Assembly (NCBI RefSeq): GCF_000009705.1
Contig: NC_003272.1
Span: forward strand, 5,340,001 to 5,372,000
DNA length: 32,000 nt
Origin: Nostoc sp. PCC 7120 = FACHB-418
GTDB lineage: Bacteria > Cyanobacteriota > Cyanobacteriia > Cyanobacteriales > Nostocaceae
Reading direction: 5' to 3'
The notes beneath the pieces were generated by a model. The model searched no databases and was not told the origin of the DNA. It was given only the letters and a program-made list of their open reading frames with translations. The position numbers and the translations under genes are program-made. Below are positions 9,346 through 17,339 of the stretch, in pieces (the first letter of the stretch is position 1; every line of letters begins with the position of its first letter).

Positions 9346-9480
9346 TAGTTAATAGTCAATAATCAATAGTTAATAGTAATAGTTGTTTTCAACTTTGAAC
9401 CATTAACTGTTAAATAGTTAACATCTTTGCGTTGAACTATGGACTGTGGACTATTAACTGTGGACTATTAACTATGGACT
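9346..9480. repeat. two STRR-like heptamer arrays in the sbcD-cysH spacer
   Basis: tagttaa tagtcaa taatcaa tagttaa tagtaat, and then ggactgt ggactat taactgt ggactat taactat ggacta. The last unit contains the cysH stop codon. Confidence 0.7.
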
Positions 9481-10204
9481 AAATGTGAATCCCACATTCA
9501 GTTTTATTGCTTCCTCTCCAGCGTCCGGCGCGTTCGTCTTCGCCTTCGCCTACCTTGGTGGTGATGGGTTCATCGCCAATACTGGGATAACCTTGATCGT
9601 GTAGAGGATTATAAATTACTTTATGTTCAGCTACGTAATCCCAGCTATCTTGACGTGTCCAAGCTGCTAAGGGATTTACTTTCAAACGACCTTTGCCATC
9701 TAATTCAAATACAGGCATATTCGCGCGGGTAACGGCTTGATCGCGACGACGGCCAGTAATCCAAGCAACGGTATTAAGTTCATCTAAACCACGTTGTAGA
9801 GGTTCAATTTTGGTAACGTGGTGGAATTGCGTAATATCTTTATCCCAAAGCGCTTCGCCGTATTTAGCAGTAAAGGCTTCACGGGTATCTACATCTGGAG
9901 TTTTGTAGGTTTGTAAATCTAGATTATATATTTCTTTCGCTTTAGCAACGAGTTCTAAAGTTTGTTGAAAGTGGAACAGAGTATCGAGAAAGATTACAGG
10001 TACTGGTTGCTTGAGTTCACTATAAAGGATATGGGTAATTACTAAGTCATCCACATTAAAGGCGCTAGTTTGTACCAACCCTGTGGGGATATGCTCTATA
10101 GACCATGCCAGAATTTCTTTAGGAGTGGCAGTTTCAAACTGTTGATTTAATTCATCTAAATTAAATTCGTTTGTTTGGGTTTTAAATGCCGTAGAAGCTG
10201 TCAT
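9479..10204 (-). CDS. cysH: phosphoadenosine phosphosulfate (PAPS/APS) reductase
   Basis: 241-aa ORF ending in the diagnostic C-terminal ECGIH motif (KTECGIHI*). The PAPS-reductase fold region is VIFLDTLFHFQQT. Confidence 0.9.
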   Translation of the reverse strand: MTASTAFKTQTNEFNLDELNQQFETATPKEILAWSIEHIPTGLVQTSAFNVDDLVITHILYSELKQPVPVIFLDTLFHFQQTLELVAKAKEIYNLDLQTYKTPDVDTREAFTAKYGEALWDKDITQFHHVTKIEPLQRGLDELNTVAWITGRRRDQAVTRANMPVFELDGKGRLKVNPLAAWTRQDSWDYVAEHKVIYNPLHDQGYPSIGDEPITTKVGEGEDERAGRWRGSNKTECGIHI

Positions 10205-10285
10205 GAGAGTTTCCGTTAAATGTTGTTACCTTGATTAAAATTAATTTTAGACTAAAAAGGCACACAACTCTCTCGGATATGAGGG

Positions 10286-10450
10286 AATATAGTTGACACT
10301 CTCCGCCCTATAAGTGCGGAGATTCTTCATTCATAGACCCAACTTGCTCACACAAGATTTCTCCAGCATGAGTAGAGGACGAATCTCCTGAAGCGTTCGG
10401 ATCATAGATCCAGGTTCCTACGTGACCCGTAGTACCCAAGGCTAGTTTCA
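10286..10450 (-). ncRNA. putative TnpB guide RNA (omega/reRNA) scaffold overlapping the tnpB 3' end
   Basis: The position is inferred from known TnpB biology. The hairpin TCTCCGCACTTATAGGGCGGAGA followed by GTGTCAAC lies at the expected 3' end. Extent and ends are not verifiable here. Confidence 0.35.
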
Positions 10451-11519
10451 GAATGTTAATCGCTGCGTTCCAATCTCTATCCATCACAAATCCGCATTCA
10501 CAAACATGAGTTCTTGTGGATAGAGATTTTTTGACTACTGCGCCACAATTAGAGCATTGGCTTGTTGTGTACGCAGGATTAACAGCTACAGTTATCCGGC
10601 CAAATTTCACACCGAAATACTCCAACCATTTTCTGAATTGATACCAACCAGCATCATTAATAGATTTAGCGAGACAGTGATTCTTAACTAAGTTTTTAAC
10701 CCTCAAATCTTCATAGGCGACCAAATCGTGAGATTGGATTACGCAACGCGCTACTCTCTTAGCGTGTTCTTCACGTTGCCTACTTATTTTGAGGTGTACT
10801 CGCCCTAATTTATTAAGGGCTTTTTTGCGATTGGTAGAGCCTTTCTGATGCCTTGAAACGCGCCTTTGTCTAAACTTTAGACGCTTCTCTCCTGTGCGAT
10901 AAAACTTAGGGTTAGGTTCTGTATGTCCGTTGCTATCGGTGTAGAACTCTTTTAAACCAACATCTAAACCAATGGTTTTACCAGTCGGTTGTGTTTCTAC
11001 TTTGTTATCTGCGCTAATCAGGAATTGAACATAATACCCATCGGCACGACGGACTAACCTAACTCGTTTTATCTGCTCCAATTGGTAGAAGTTTAAATTC
11101 CACGTTCCCTTGAGATTGAGTTTGCCAATACCTTTTTTGTCAGTAAAAGTGATTTGCTTTCTAGTTTCAGAAAGTGACCATCCAGAGGTTTTATATTCAA
11201 CTGAACGGTTGTTTTTTTTAAACTGTGGATAACCTTTCTTACCTGGAACAGACTTTTTACAGTTGTCGTAAAAACGAGCAATAGAACTATAAGCCCGTTC
11301 GATAGAAGCTTGGCAAGCACTAGAGTTCAAAGCCTTGACAAAAGAAAACTCATGTCTGAGAACCTTACTAAGACGATATAAGTCTTTCTGCCCTACACCT
11401 CGGTTATCCATCCAAAAACGAATAGCTTTGTTGCGAACGAATTGACAGGTTCTAATCGCCTCATCAATGGCTACATATTGAGTTGTTTTGCCTTTAGCTT
11501 TAAACTCTAAAACAATCAT
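10308..11519 (-). CDS. tnpB: RNA-guided endonuclease TnpB (IS200/IS605 OrfB)
   Basis: 403 aa from the ATG (MIVLEFKAKGK...). RuvC-like segments are present (IGLDVGLKEF; ...VAYEDL...; DRDWNAAINI). A zinc-finger CSNCG...CECG lies between them. Confidence 0.9.
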   Translation of the reverse strand: MIVLEFKAKGKTTQYVAIDEAIRTCQFVRNKAIRFWMDNRGVGQKDLYRLSKVLRHEFSFVKALNSSACQASIERAYSSIARFYDNCKKSVPGKKGYPQFKKNNRSVEYKTSGWSLSETRKQITFTDKKGIGKLNLKGTWNLNFYQLEQIKRVRLVRRADGYYVQFLISADNKVETQPTGKTIGLDVGLKEFYTDSNGHTEPNPKFYRTGEKRLKFRQRRVSRHQKGSTNRKKALNKLGRVHLKISRQREEHAKRVARCVIQSHDLVAYEDLRVKNLVKNHCLAKSINDAGWYQFRKWLEYFGVKFGRITVAVNPAYTTSQCSNCGAVVKKSLSTRTHVCECGFVMDRDWNAAINILKLALGTTGHVGTWIYDPNASGDSSSTHAGEILCEQVGSMNEESPHL

Positions 11520-11545
11520 TTTACGTGGACAAATCCTACGCAAAT

Positions 11546-11574
11546 ATTATACCATAATCAAAGCCGTCCTTCAA
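11546..11574 (-). promoter_or_regulatory. sigma70-like promoter inside the IS left end
   Basis: The minus strand reads TTGAAG-17 nt-TATAAT with TGG immediately 5' of the -10 (extended -10). The -10 box ends 26 nt upstream of the tnpB ATG at 11519. The -35 box lies in the LE hairpin loop. Confidence 0.45.
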
Positions 11575-11887
11575 GGACGGGGCTTTAGACCCAGTTTCTT
11601 GGTAATTATATTGTACGGAAATTACTACTTTAAAAGATATACGTTCTCAGGAGAGTGTACTGCTGCACATTTATATATTCAAACTTTATTAATAAAAAAT
11701 TAATAATATCATTTACTAATCATTTAGTTTCTCTAACTAAAATTATTGGCTCATGGACTGTTAAGTAATTACTCTCACATTTACTAAGAAGGTTTACGCT
11801 ATTTTAAGTTTTGACTTGCTTTTATAGTTATTTATACGGAAACTGATATCTTTAAGTACAACAGCTATATTAAGGGATTCTACAAAA

Positions 11888-11992
11888 ATGAAGAATACCA
11901 AATTGCCGACTCCATTACGTGAGTATGTAATGATGGGTGGTTTGATCGCTTTAACCAGCGCTAGTATCATCACAATTATGAGCGTGTTTTGA
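11888..11992 (+). CDS. possible 34-aa single-TM peptide
   Basis: MKNTKLPTPLREYVMMGGLIALTSASIITIMSVF*. It is not in the supplied ORF track because it is too short. A good intrinsic terminator lies about 50 nt downstream. Confidence 0.3.
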   Translation: MKNTKLPTPLREYVMMGGLIALTSASIITIMSVF

Positions 11993-12042
11993 AGGTTTTC
12001 AGATTAAAACATTAACAATTTAGGCAAATAAAATTTACAAAA

Positions 12043-12070
12043 CTCCGCTCAGTTTATGAGTGGAGTTTTT
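12043..12070 (+). terminator. rho-independent terminator
   Basis: CTCCGCTCA-GTTTA-TGAGTGGAG (9-bp stem with one G.U pair), followed by TTTTT. Confidence 0.55.
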
Positions 12071-12127
12071 AAGTTTTGTGTTTAAGTCATCTGAGAAAGC
12101 GGGAAATTGAATGCGGAGTAAAGCGAC

Positions 12128-13039
12128 GTGACTATGACTGAAGGAAAAATCTCACTGAAACCAGACACATTATGGCAACAGGTAAAAAAACAAACGGAAT
12201 ATGCTTTAAATTGTGGTGCGTTGCTATCGATACCTACGGAATTTGAATTTGTTGAGCAGGATGGGGTTGATTTTTTGGTGCGAATTTTATCTAACCTTAC
12301 CCGTAAAAACGCAGATAAGAAAAAACGAGATAAAAAATCTGCTGGTAAAGAGTTTAACCCCTTTCTTCCTTACGAACAGGATTTATTTGTAGCGGATATT
12401 TCAGACACTCATGTATGTATATTTAATAAATTTAATGTTGTTGACTATCACTTATTGATTATCACCCGTGATTTTGAAGAGCAGGAAAAGTTGCTAACGT
12501 TAGCGGACTTTACTGCAATGTGGGCGTGTTTAGCGGGAATTGATGGTTTAGCATTCTACAACGGAGGCAAAATTGCAGGTGCTAGCCAGCGACATAAACA
12601 CTTGCAACTAGTACCGTTACCATTTACAGCATCAGCACCGCAGATACCCATTGCACCACTATTAGCATCGGCAAAATTCGAGGAATCTATTGCAACTATA
12701 CCAGGGCTTCCATTCGTCCATGCTTTCGCTAGTTTACAGCCTGCTTGGGTAGATTCTCCGATGATGGGGGCTGACGCAACTTTAGAAATTTACCATAAAT
12801 TACTGCGTGCTGTGGGTTTAGGGGCGGTTGATGATGATAGACAATCGGGTGCTTATAATTTACTAGCAACTAGAGAATGGATGTTAATCGTACCGCGATC
12901 GCAAGAAGACTTCCAATCCATTTCTGTAAATTCCTTAGGGTTTGCTGGTGCTTTGCTAGTGAAAAACGAGTCGGAAATGCAAATCCTCAAGCAACATGGC
13001 CCAATGGCCATTCTCAAGGAAGTAGCGATCGCCTACTGA
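12128..13039 (+). CDS. ATP adenylyltransferase / Ap4A phosphorylase II (Apa2-like, GalT-branch HIT) family protein
   Basis: 303-aa ORF with GTG at 12128 or ATG at 12134. It has NKFNVVDYHLLIITRDFEEQ and the histidine motif SQRHKHLQLVP. Confidence 0.7.
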   Translation: MTMTEGKISLKPDTLWQQVKKQTEYALNCGALLSIPTEFEFVEQDGVDFLVRILSNLTRKNADKKKRDKKSAGKEFNPFLPYEQDLFVADISDTHVCIFNKFNVVDYHLLIITRDFEEQEKLLTLADFTAMWACLAGIDGLAFYNGGKIAGASQRHKHLQLVPLPFTASAPQIPIAPLLASAKFEESIATIPGLPFVHAFASLQPAWVDSPMMGADATLEIYHKLLRAVGLGAVDDDRQSGAYNLLATREWMLIVPRSQEDFQSISVNSLGFAGALLVKNESEMQILKQHGPMAILKEVAIAY

Positions 13040-13093
13040 GGGGCGCAGCCCATCGCAATCAATAGTTATTAGTTCATTATGCTCCAATCGTTT

Positions 13094-14017
13094 CTAATTT
13101 CCATTACTTCCCTCCAGCAATTTAATTCTGTCTCCACTTGAGCCATATAATTCCACAAATCTTTTAAACAGCAGCATATTTGCTTGTTTAGAAAATCTGC
13201 TTAATTTGAATAAACGTTCTATATTGACTTCAGCCAAATTACGTAGATAAGGTAAGTCTTCAAAGAGAGTTAAACAAGATGCAAAATGTAATAATATTTG
13301 TAACAATGGTTTTGGCCAATCTAGGTCACTATAGATTTCTATAAATAACTGGTGTTCTCGCTCGTTGAGAGGAAAAGCATAAAATATTACCGTTATTCTT
13401 TTGTTATCGTAAACTGGGATGCTCAGTTCAATTGTATAAGGAGTATGTAAAATTAAATCTACTTCTACTATCGGTTGTCTCCAAATCCTCAAAGCATTGA
13501 TGGGCGAATCTAAGAGTGTGTTGAATTTGATGATTCCCCCAAATTTTGTTTGTTGAAAGTCACTGATACTTAGCACTCTTAAATTATTTAAACTGAATTT
13601 GTGAATAGTTTCTAAATGTTTAAGATTTAAGAGATGATAAATTTGGCAAAGGTAAGGAAAGGGGAGAATATACTCCTGGCTAATCATGTGTCGTTTTTTC
13701 AGTTCAAATCGACTTGCTTGATTTTGACATAATAAGCCTACCTCTTCACCGGAGCCATTTTCTGGCTTTAAATACAACCAACTTATGAAGAAAAATGATG
13801 TTGTCAAAAGCTGAAAAATCTCTCTTGTAGATAGACAACCATCGGCAAAGGCAGACATACTTCTATCTGTTAGTCCAAATAGCCAAGATGGAATCCCTAG
13901 TAGCCAAACTCCGGTTTTCAGTTTATTTAGGAATTGATAAAGTTCTAATTCAATAGAATTACTAGTCTCTTGTTTGTCTTCTATATGATGGGTATCTTTA
14001 GATAAATTATCAACCAT
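13094..14017 (-). CDS. hypothetical protein (AT-rich gene, family not recognised)
   Basis: 307-aa uninterrupted ORF in a visibly AT-rich stretch. I could name no motif. Confidence 0.5.
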   Translation of the reverse strand: MVDNLSKDTHHIEDKQETSNSIELELYQFLNKLKTGVWLLGIPSWLFGLTDRSMSAFADGCLSTREIFQLLTTSFFFISWLYLKPENGSGEEVGLLCQNQASRFELKKRHMISQEYILPFPYLCQIYHLLNLKHLETIHKFSLNNLRVLSISDFQQTKFGGIIKFNTLLDSPINALRIWRQPIVEVDLILHTPYTIELSIPVYDNKRITVIFYAFPLNEREHQLFIEIYSDLDWPKPLLQILLHFASCLTLFEDLPYLRNLAEVNIERLFKLSRFSKQANMLLFKRFVELYGSSGDRIKLLEGSNGN

Positions 14018-14531
14018 GCTGATTAAAGTTAACCATTAGCTACTATCTTCACGTTAATTAGAAATAATAAATTAATACTCTATCCTTGGCTGGAATATAG
14101 ATGTCCCAATACTCTTATTTTTAGGCAAAATAGTCTTAATAGAATAGAACTATAGAGAGAGGATCTATGAAGAACCATTTTTCAGATGGTTGCACAAAGA
14201 TTCAGCAAGTTCATCAGGTCGTTATACATTCAAGAATTGAAAGCATTGGCTATCAAAAAATATCATTCCTGCTTTCTAAAAGTTCAAGAGGAATGAATAT
14301 CTTGTAATCAATCTCTGACAATAACGGAGAAATCTTTACAGAAATTCGATGTAATTATTAACAAAATATCCGCATCTGTAAGCTATAAATTGCCCACAGG
14401 ATGATGGTTTTTGTGGACAGCACTCAACCTACAGATATTGTCAAAATAAAGTACTAATCCCATAGAATTATTACTATTAAAGATGTATTATTTGTAAGTA
14501 TTTTCTAAAAATTATCTTCCATTTGGTAGTG

Positions 14532-15020
14532 ATGACCATCCGTCATGCGACTACAACTGATTTGCCTACAATTATAGGCATTTATAATGCTGCTGTTCCT
14601 AGCCGCATGGCAACTGCTGATTTAGAACCAGTGTCAGTGGAAAGCCGTCTTGCTTGGTTTCAGGGGCGATCGCCTAGCTTTCGTCCTCTATGGGTAATCG
14701 AACAAGAGGGAGTAATTGCTGGATGGCTGAGTTTCCAATCATTTTACGGACGGCCAGCCTACGCTGCAACGGCTGAACTTAGCATTTACATCGCCCCAGC
14801 TTTTCATCGGTGCGGTTTAGGTAAGCAATTGTTAGCCAAAGCAATTGTGGAAAGTCCCAATTTGGGTTTAAAAACTCTATTGGGGTTTGTTTTCGCTCAC
14901 AATCAACCAAGTTTACACCTGTTTGAAACTTTCGGGTTTCAGAAATGGGGATATTTACCCCAAGTTGCAGACTTGGATGGCGTGGAAAGGGATCTAGTAA
15001 TTATGGGATTAAGAATTTAG
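14532..15020 (+). CDS. GNAT N-acetyltransferase, phosphinothricin-acetyltransferase-like
   Basis: MTIRHATTTDLPTIIGIYNAAV... with an acetyl-CoA binding segment (HRCGLGKQLL). The ATG at 14532 is preferred over the TTG at 14523. Confidence 0.8.
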   Translation: MTIRHATTTDLPTIIGIYNAAVPSRMATADLEPVSVESRLAWFQGRSPSFRPLWVIEQEGVIAGWLSFQSFYGRPAYAATAELSIYIAPAFHRCGLGKQLLAKAIVESPNLGLKTLLGFVFAHNQPSLHLFETFGFQKWGYLPQVADLDGVERDLVIMGLRI

Positions 15021-15344
15021 AATTTTTTAGCTTCTGATATCATGCCATTAGCAACAGGCGCTAACGTAGCTTACCATAGGTATTGCCTCGATGGTTCTTA
15101 ATACGATGACCGACCGTCGGTCAAGAGTTGATTTGAGCTATCTGTACATTGTAAAATATTTGACTTATATAATAGAACTTACGCAAACAGGTTATCTGTT
15201 GAGACTGGGTGTAAGGGTTTCAAGCATTTATACCCTCATACCCCTATACCCTTGTCCAAACCCTTTATCTTTCGTTTTCATGCGTAAGTCTGATCTAAGT
15301 TACATGAGTATGGCATTTTCTCGTAAATCATTTAGGATTACTAT

Positions 15345-15731
15345 ATGAAAACCATTGGTATTCATCACGTAGCTATTATTTGTTCTGACTATGAGCGCTC
15401 AAAAAAGTTTTATGTGGAAGTTTTAGGTTTAGGAATTATTCAAGAAACTTTTCGCGCTGCCAGAAATTCCTATAAATTAGATTTACGGATTAACGAAAAT
15501 ACTCAAATTGAATTGTTTTCTTTTCCTAACCCACCCCAAAGGCCAAGCACTCCAGAAGCTTGCGGTTTAAGACATTTATCCTTTGCGGTTGAGAGTATAG
15601 AAGAGACTGTTGCTTATTTACAATCTCATGATGTAGAGGTAGAAAATATTAGAATTGATGAGATTACCGGGAAGAAATTTACTTTCTTTAAAGACCCGGA
15701 TGATCTGCCGTTAGAAATATATGAACATTAA
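15345..15731 (+). CDS. VOC/glyoxalase I family protein
   Basis: 128-aa ORF. IHHVAIICSDYERSKKFYVEVLGL and LRHLSFAV are typical paired beta-alpha-beta-beta-beta modules. Confidence 0.8.
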   Translation: MKTIGIHHVAIICSDYERSKKFYVEVLGLGIIQETFRAARNSYKLDLRINENTQIELFSFPNPPQRPSTPEACGLRHLSFAVESIEETVAYLQSHDVEVENIRIDEITGKKFTFFKDPDDLPLEIYEH

Positions 15732-15805
15732 TAGAAAATTTTCAAACATCCTCTAAGTATAAGGGCTAAATTAAACCTAACTGCAAATTGCCTGGTTTCT
15801 TTACT

Positions 15806-15828
15806 CCCCTCTCCGCGTCGGAGAGGGG
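15806..15828. repeat. GC-rich hairpin repeat (CCCCTCTCCG-CGT-CGGAGAGGGG)
   Basis: A perfect 10-bp inverted repeat followed by GCTGGGGGAGAGGT. A related GGGGAGAGG-type sequence occurs at about 4275-4290. It lies downstream of the VOC gene. Confidence 0.5.
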
Positions 15829-15912
15829 CTGGGGGAGAGGTCAGAAAAGACTTGTCGAACTCACGTTAAAATAGAGTTAGGAAAGGTAGAATTTACTAGA
15901 TTAGGAAGTTCT

Positions 15913-16143
15913 ATGATGACTTTACAAGAAATTATTAATTCTATTGAAAGTTTGCCCACAGAAGATCAAGAGTATTTATTTGAGTTTCTTCGCCAGCAAA
16001 GAATTGAGAATCGACGAGTTGAAATTTTGGCTAATAGTCAGGAAGTAATGCAGGCTTTGAAAGATGGGACAGCAAAGAGAGGAAGCGTTGATGATTTGAT
16101 CGCTGATTTACTAGGAGACGATGATGGAAGTTGTCTGGAGTAG
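15913..16143 (+). CDS. type II antitoxin (partner of the downstream RelE/YafQ-like toxin)
   Basis: 76-aa acidic ORF overlapping the toxin ORF by 23 nt. The assignment rests on position and size only. Confidence 0.6.
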   Translation: MMTLQEIINSIESLPTEDQEYLFEFLRQQRIENRRVEILANSQEVMQALKDGTAKRGSVDDLIADLLGDDDGSCLE

Positions 16144-16405
16144 TGGATTTAAGCGCTCTTTCAAGAAAATTATCAAGAAAAAACCACAATTAAAGGATCA
16201 GATAGTTAAGGTATTAAGGCTTTTAGCAGACGACCCATTTACAACTTCTTTAAAGTCTCATAAGTTAACAGGAGATTTAGCTGGTTTGTGGTCTTGTTCT
16301 GTTACTTATGATTGTAGAATTATATTTACTTTCTCTGAGGATGAAAATTTGTTAGAAATGGTTATTTTATTGGTTGATATTGGTAGCCACGATGAAGTTT
16401 ATTAA
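16121..16405 (+). CDS. type II toxin, RelE/StbE/YafQ-family mRNA interferase
   Basis: 94 aa. It has SGFKRSFKKIIKKKPQL..., HKLTGDLAGLWSCSVTYDCRIIF and a C-terminal IGSHDEVY, which is the YafQ/RelE-type pattern. Confidence 0.75.
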   Translation: MMEVVWSSGFKRSFKKIIKKKPQLKDQIVKVLRLLADDPFTTSLKSHKLTGDLAGLWSCSVTYDCRIIFTFSEDENLLEMVILLVDIGSHDEVY

Positions 16406-16448
16406 ATTATCAATATCGCTCACTAATGCCGCGACCAGTTGAAGAAGA

Positions 16449-17318
16449 TTATAAACCAGCTTCACTTAAAGCTCGGCTGAAAGCATCAACTAAATTGAGG
16501 TCTTCAGCCCATTGTGTAAGATAAGCATAATCTAAATTAAGCGCTTGTAATTTGAGTATTCCCAATACATCACGCCACTGTTTTTCTGATTGACTATGAC
16601 GACTCCATAACAACTTTTGTAAAATTGTATCTTCTGGAGAAGCTACCCAAAAAGGGGATATACCATCTAAATCAGGTAAAATGCGACGCGCCATCTGCGA
16701 TAATGCAAATGGTGAAGCATCTGTGATATAAAGATCAGCATTAGCAATAGTTTCTGTATGAGTAATGTTGAGCGTTTGCTCTCGACCTCGTTTTAATTCC
16801 TCAATTGCACCTACAGGACAATAATAGCCCGCAGTTTCTAATGTCACTACTAGTAAATCAATTTGGTCGGGTTGGATTTCTATCACCAAATCTAAATCAC
16901 GGGTTGAACGAGGCTCACCATGAATAGAACTAGCGACACCACCACTAACATAGTAAGGAATATTAATTGACTCAAAAATTTGGTGTAGTTCACCTGCAAG
17001 GGTAATTGAGTCTTGAATCCACATACTTTCATTAATACCTATTGGTTGGAAATCAGCAGTCAATTTATCACCTAGCACCGCACGCGTAAATATACACCTA
17101 ATTTCCTCTAAGGACGTATGGCGATGGCGAGATTTAATTCCTGCTAGACATAATTTTTTTATCCCACGTTCATGTGCAACAAACATTTTTATTCTTTGAC
17201 TTAGGGAAAGTTGCTGCAAACGAGTAAAAAAATAAATATCAGCATCGATATTTGTATCAGCTGCTTGTGGTTGGTAATTTTGCTTTATAGGTATTTGTAA
17301 GGATGGAGTACCAGTCAT
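16449..17318 (-). CDS. nucleotidyltransferase-fold (Pol-beta superfamily-like) protein, function unknown
   Basis: 289-aa ORF with SGGVASSIHGEPRSTRDLDLVIE, i.e. the G[GS]-x(9-13)-D-x-D minimal NTase motif. It starts 21 nt downstream of the GrpE-like gene on the same strand. Confidence 0.5.
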   Translation of the reverse strand: MTGTPSLQIPIKQNYQPQAADTNIDADIYFFTRLQQLSLSQRIKMFVAHERGIKKLCLAGIKSRHRHTSLEEIRCIFTRAVLGDKLTADFQPIGINESMWIQDSITLAGELHQIFESINIPYYVSGGVASSIHGEPRSTRDLDLVIEIQPDQIDLLVVTLETAGYYCPVGAIEELKRGREQTLNITHTETIANADLYITDASPFALSQMARRILPDLDGISPFWVASPEDTILQKLLWSRHSQSEKQWRDVLGILKLQALNLDYAYLTQWAEDLNLVDAFSRALSEAGL

Positions 17319-17339
17319 GATTTTTTCTGGCTGCTGTTT

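Larger units (their letters stand above)
10285..11601 (-). mobile_element. non-autonomous IS200/IS605-family element carrying only tnpB (IS1341-like); boundaries approximate
   Basis: tnpB is flanked by an imperfect LE-like hairpin (11560-11586, AAAGCC..GTCC-TTCAA-GGAC..GGCTTT) and an RE-side hairpin spanning the stop codon (10300-10322, TCTCCGC-N9-GCGGAGA). There is no tnpA ORF. The ends are inferred rather than determined. Confidence 0.6.

Noticed and set aside
11488-11703. 71-aa plus-strand ORF across the IS left end.
   Set aside because: It overlaps the tnpB start, the LE hairpin and the promoter on the opposite strand. It has no coding-like features.
15091-15348. 85-aa ORF upstream of the VOC gene.
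   Set aside because: It has low-complexity, repeat-derived sequence. It contains an 8-bp palindrome (TGACCGAC-C-GTCGGTCA) and is bracketed by the 9-bp inverted repeat ACTTACGCA...TGCGTAAGT. There is no protein-like pattern. It is more likely a small dispersed repeat or a leader region.
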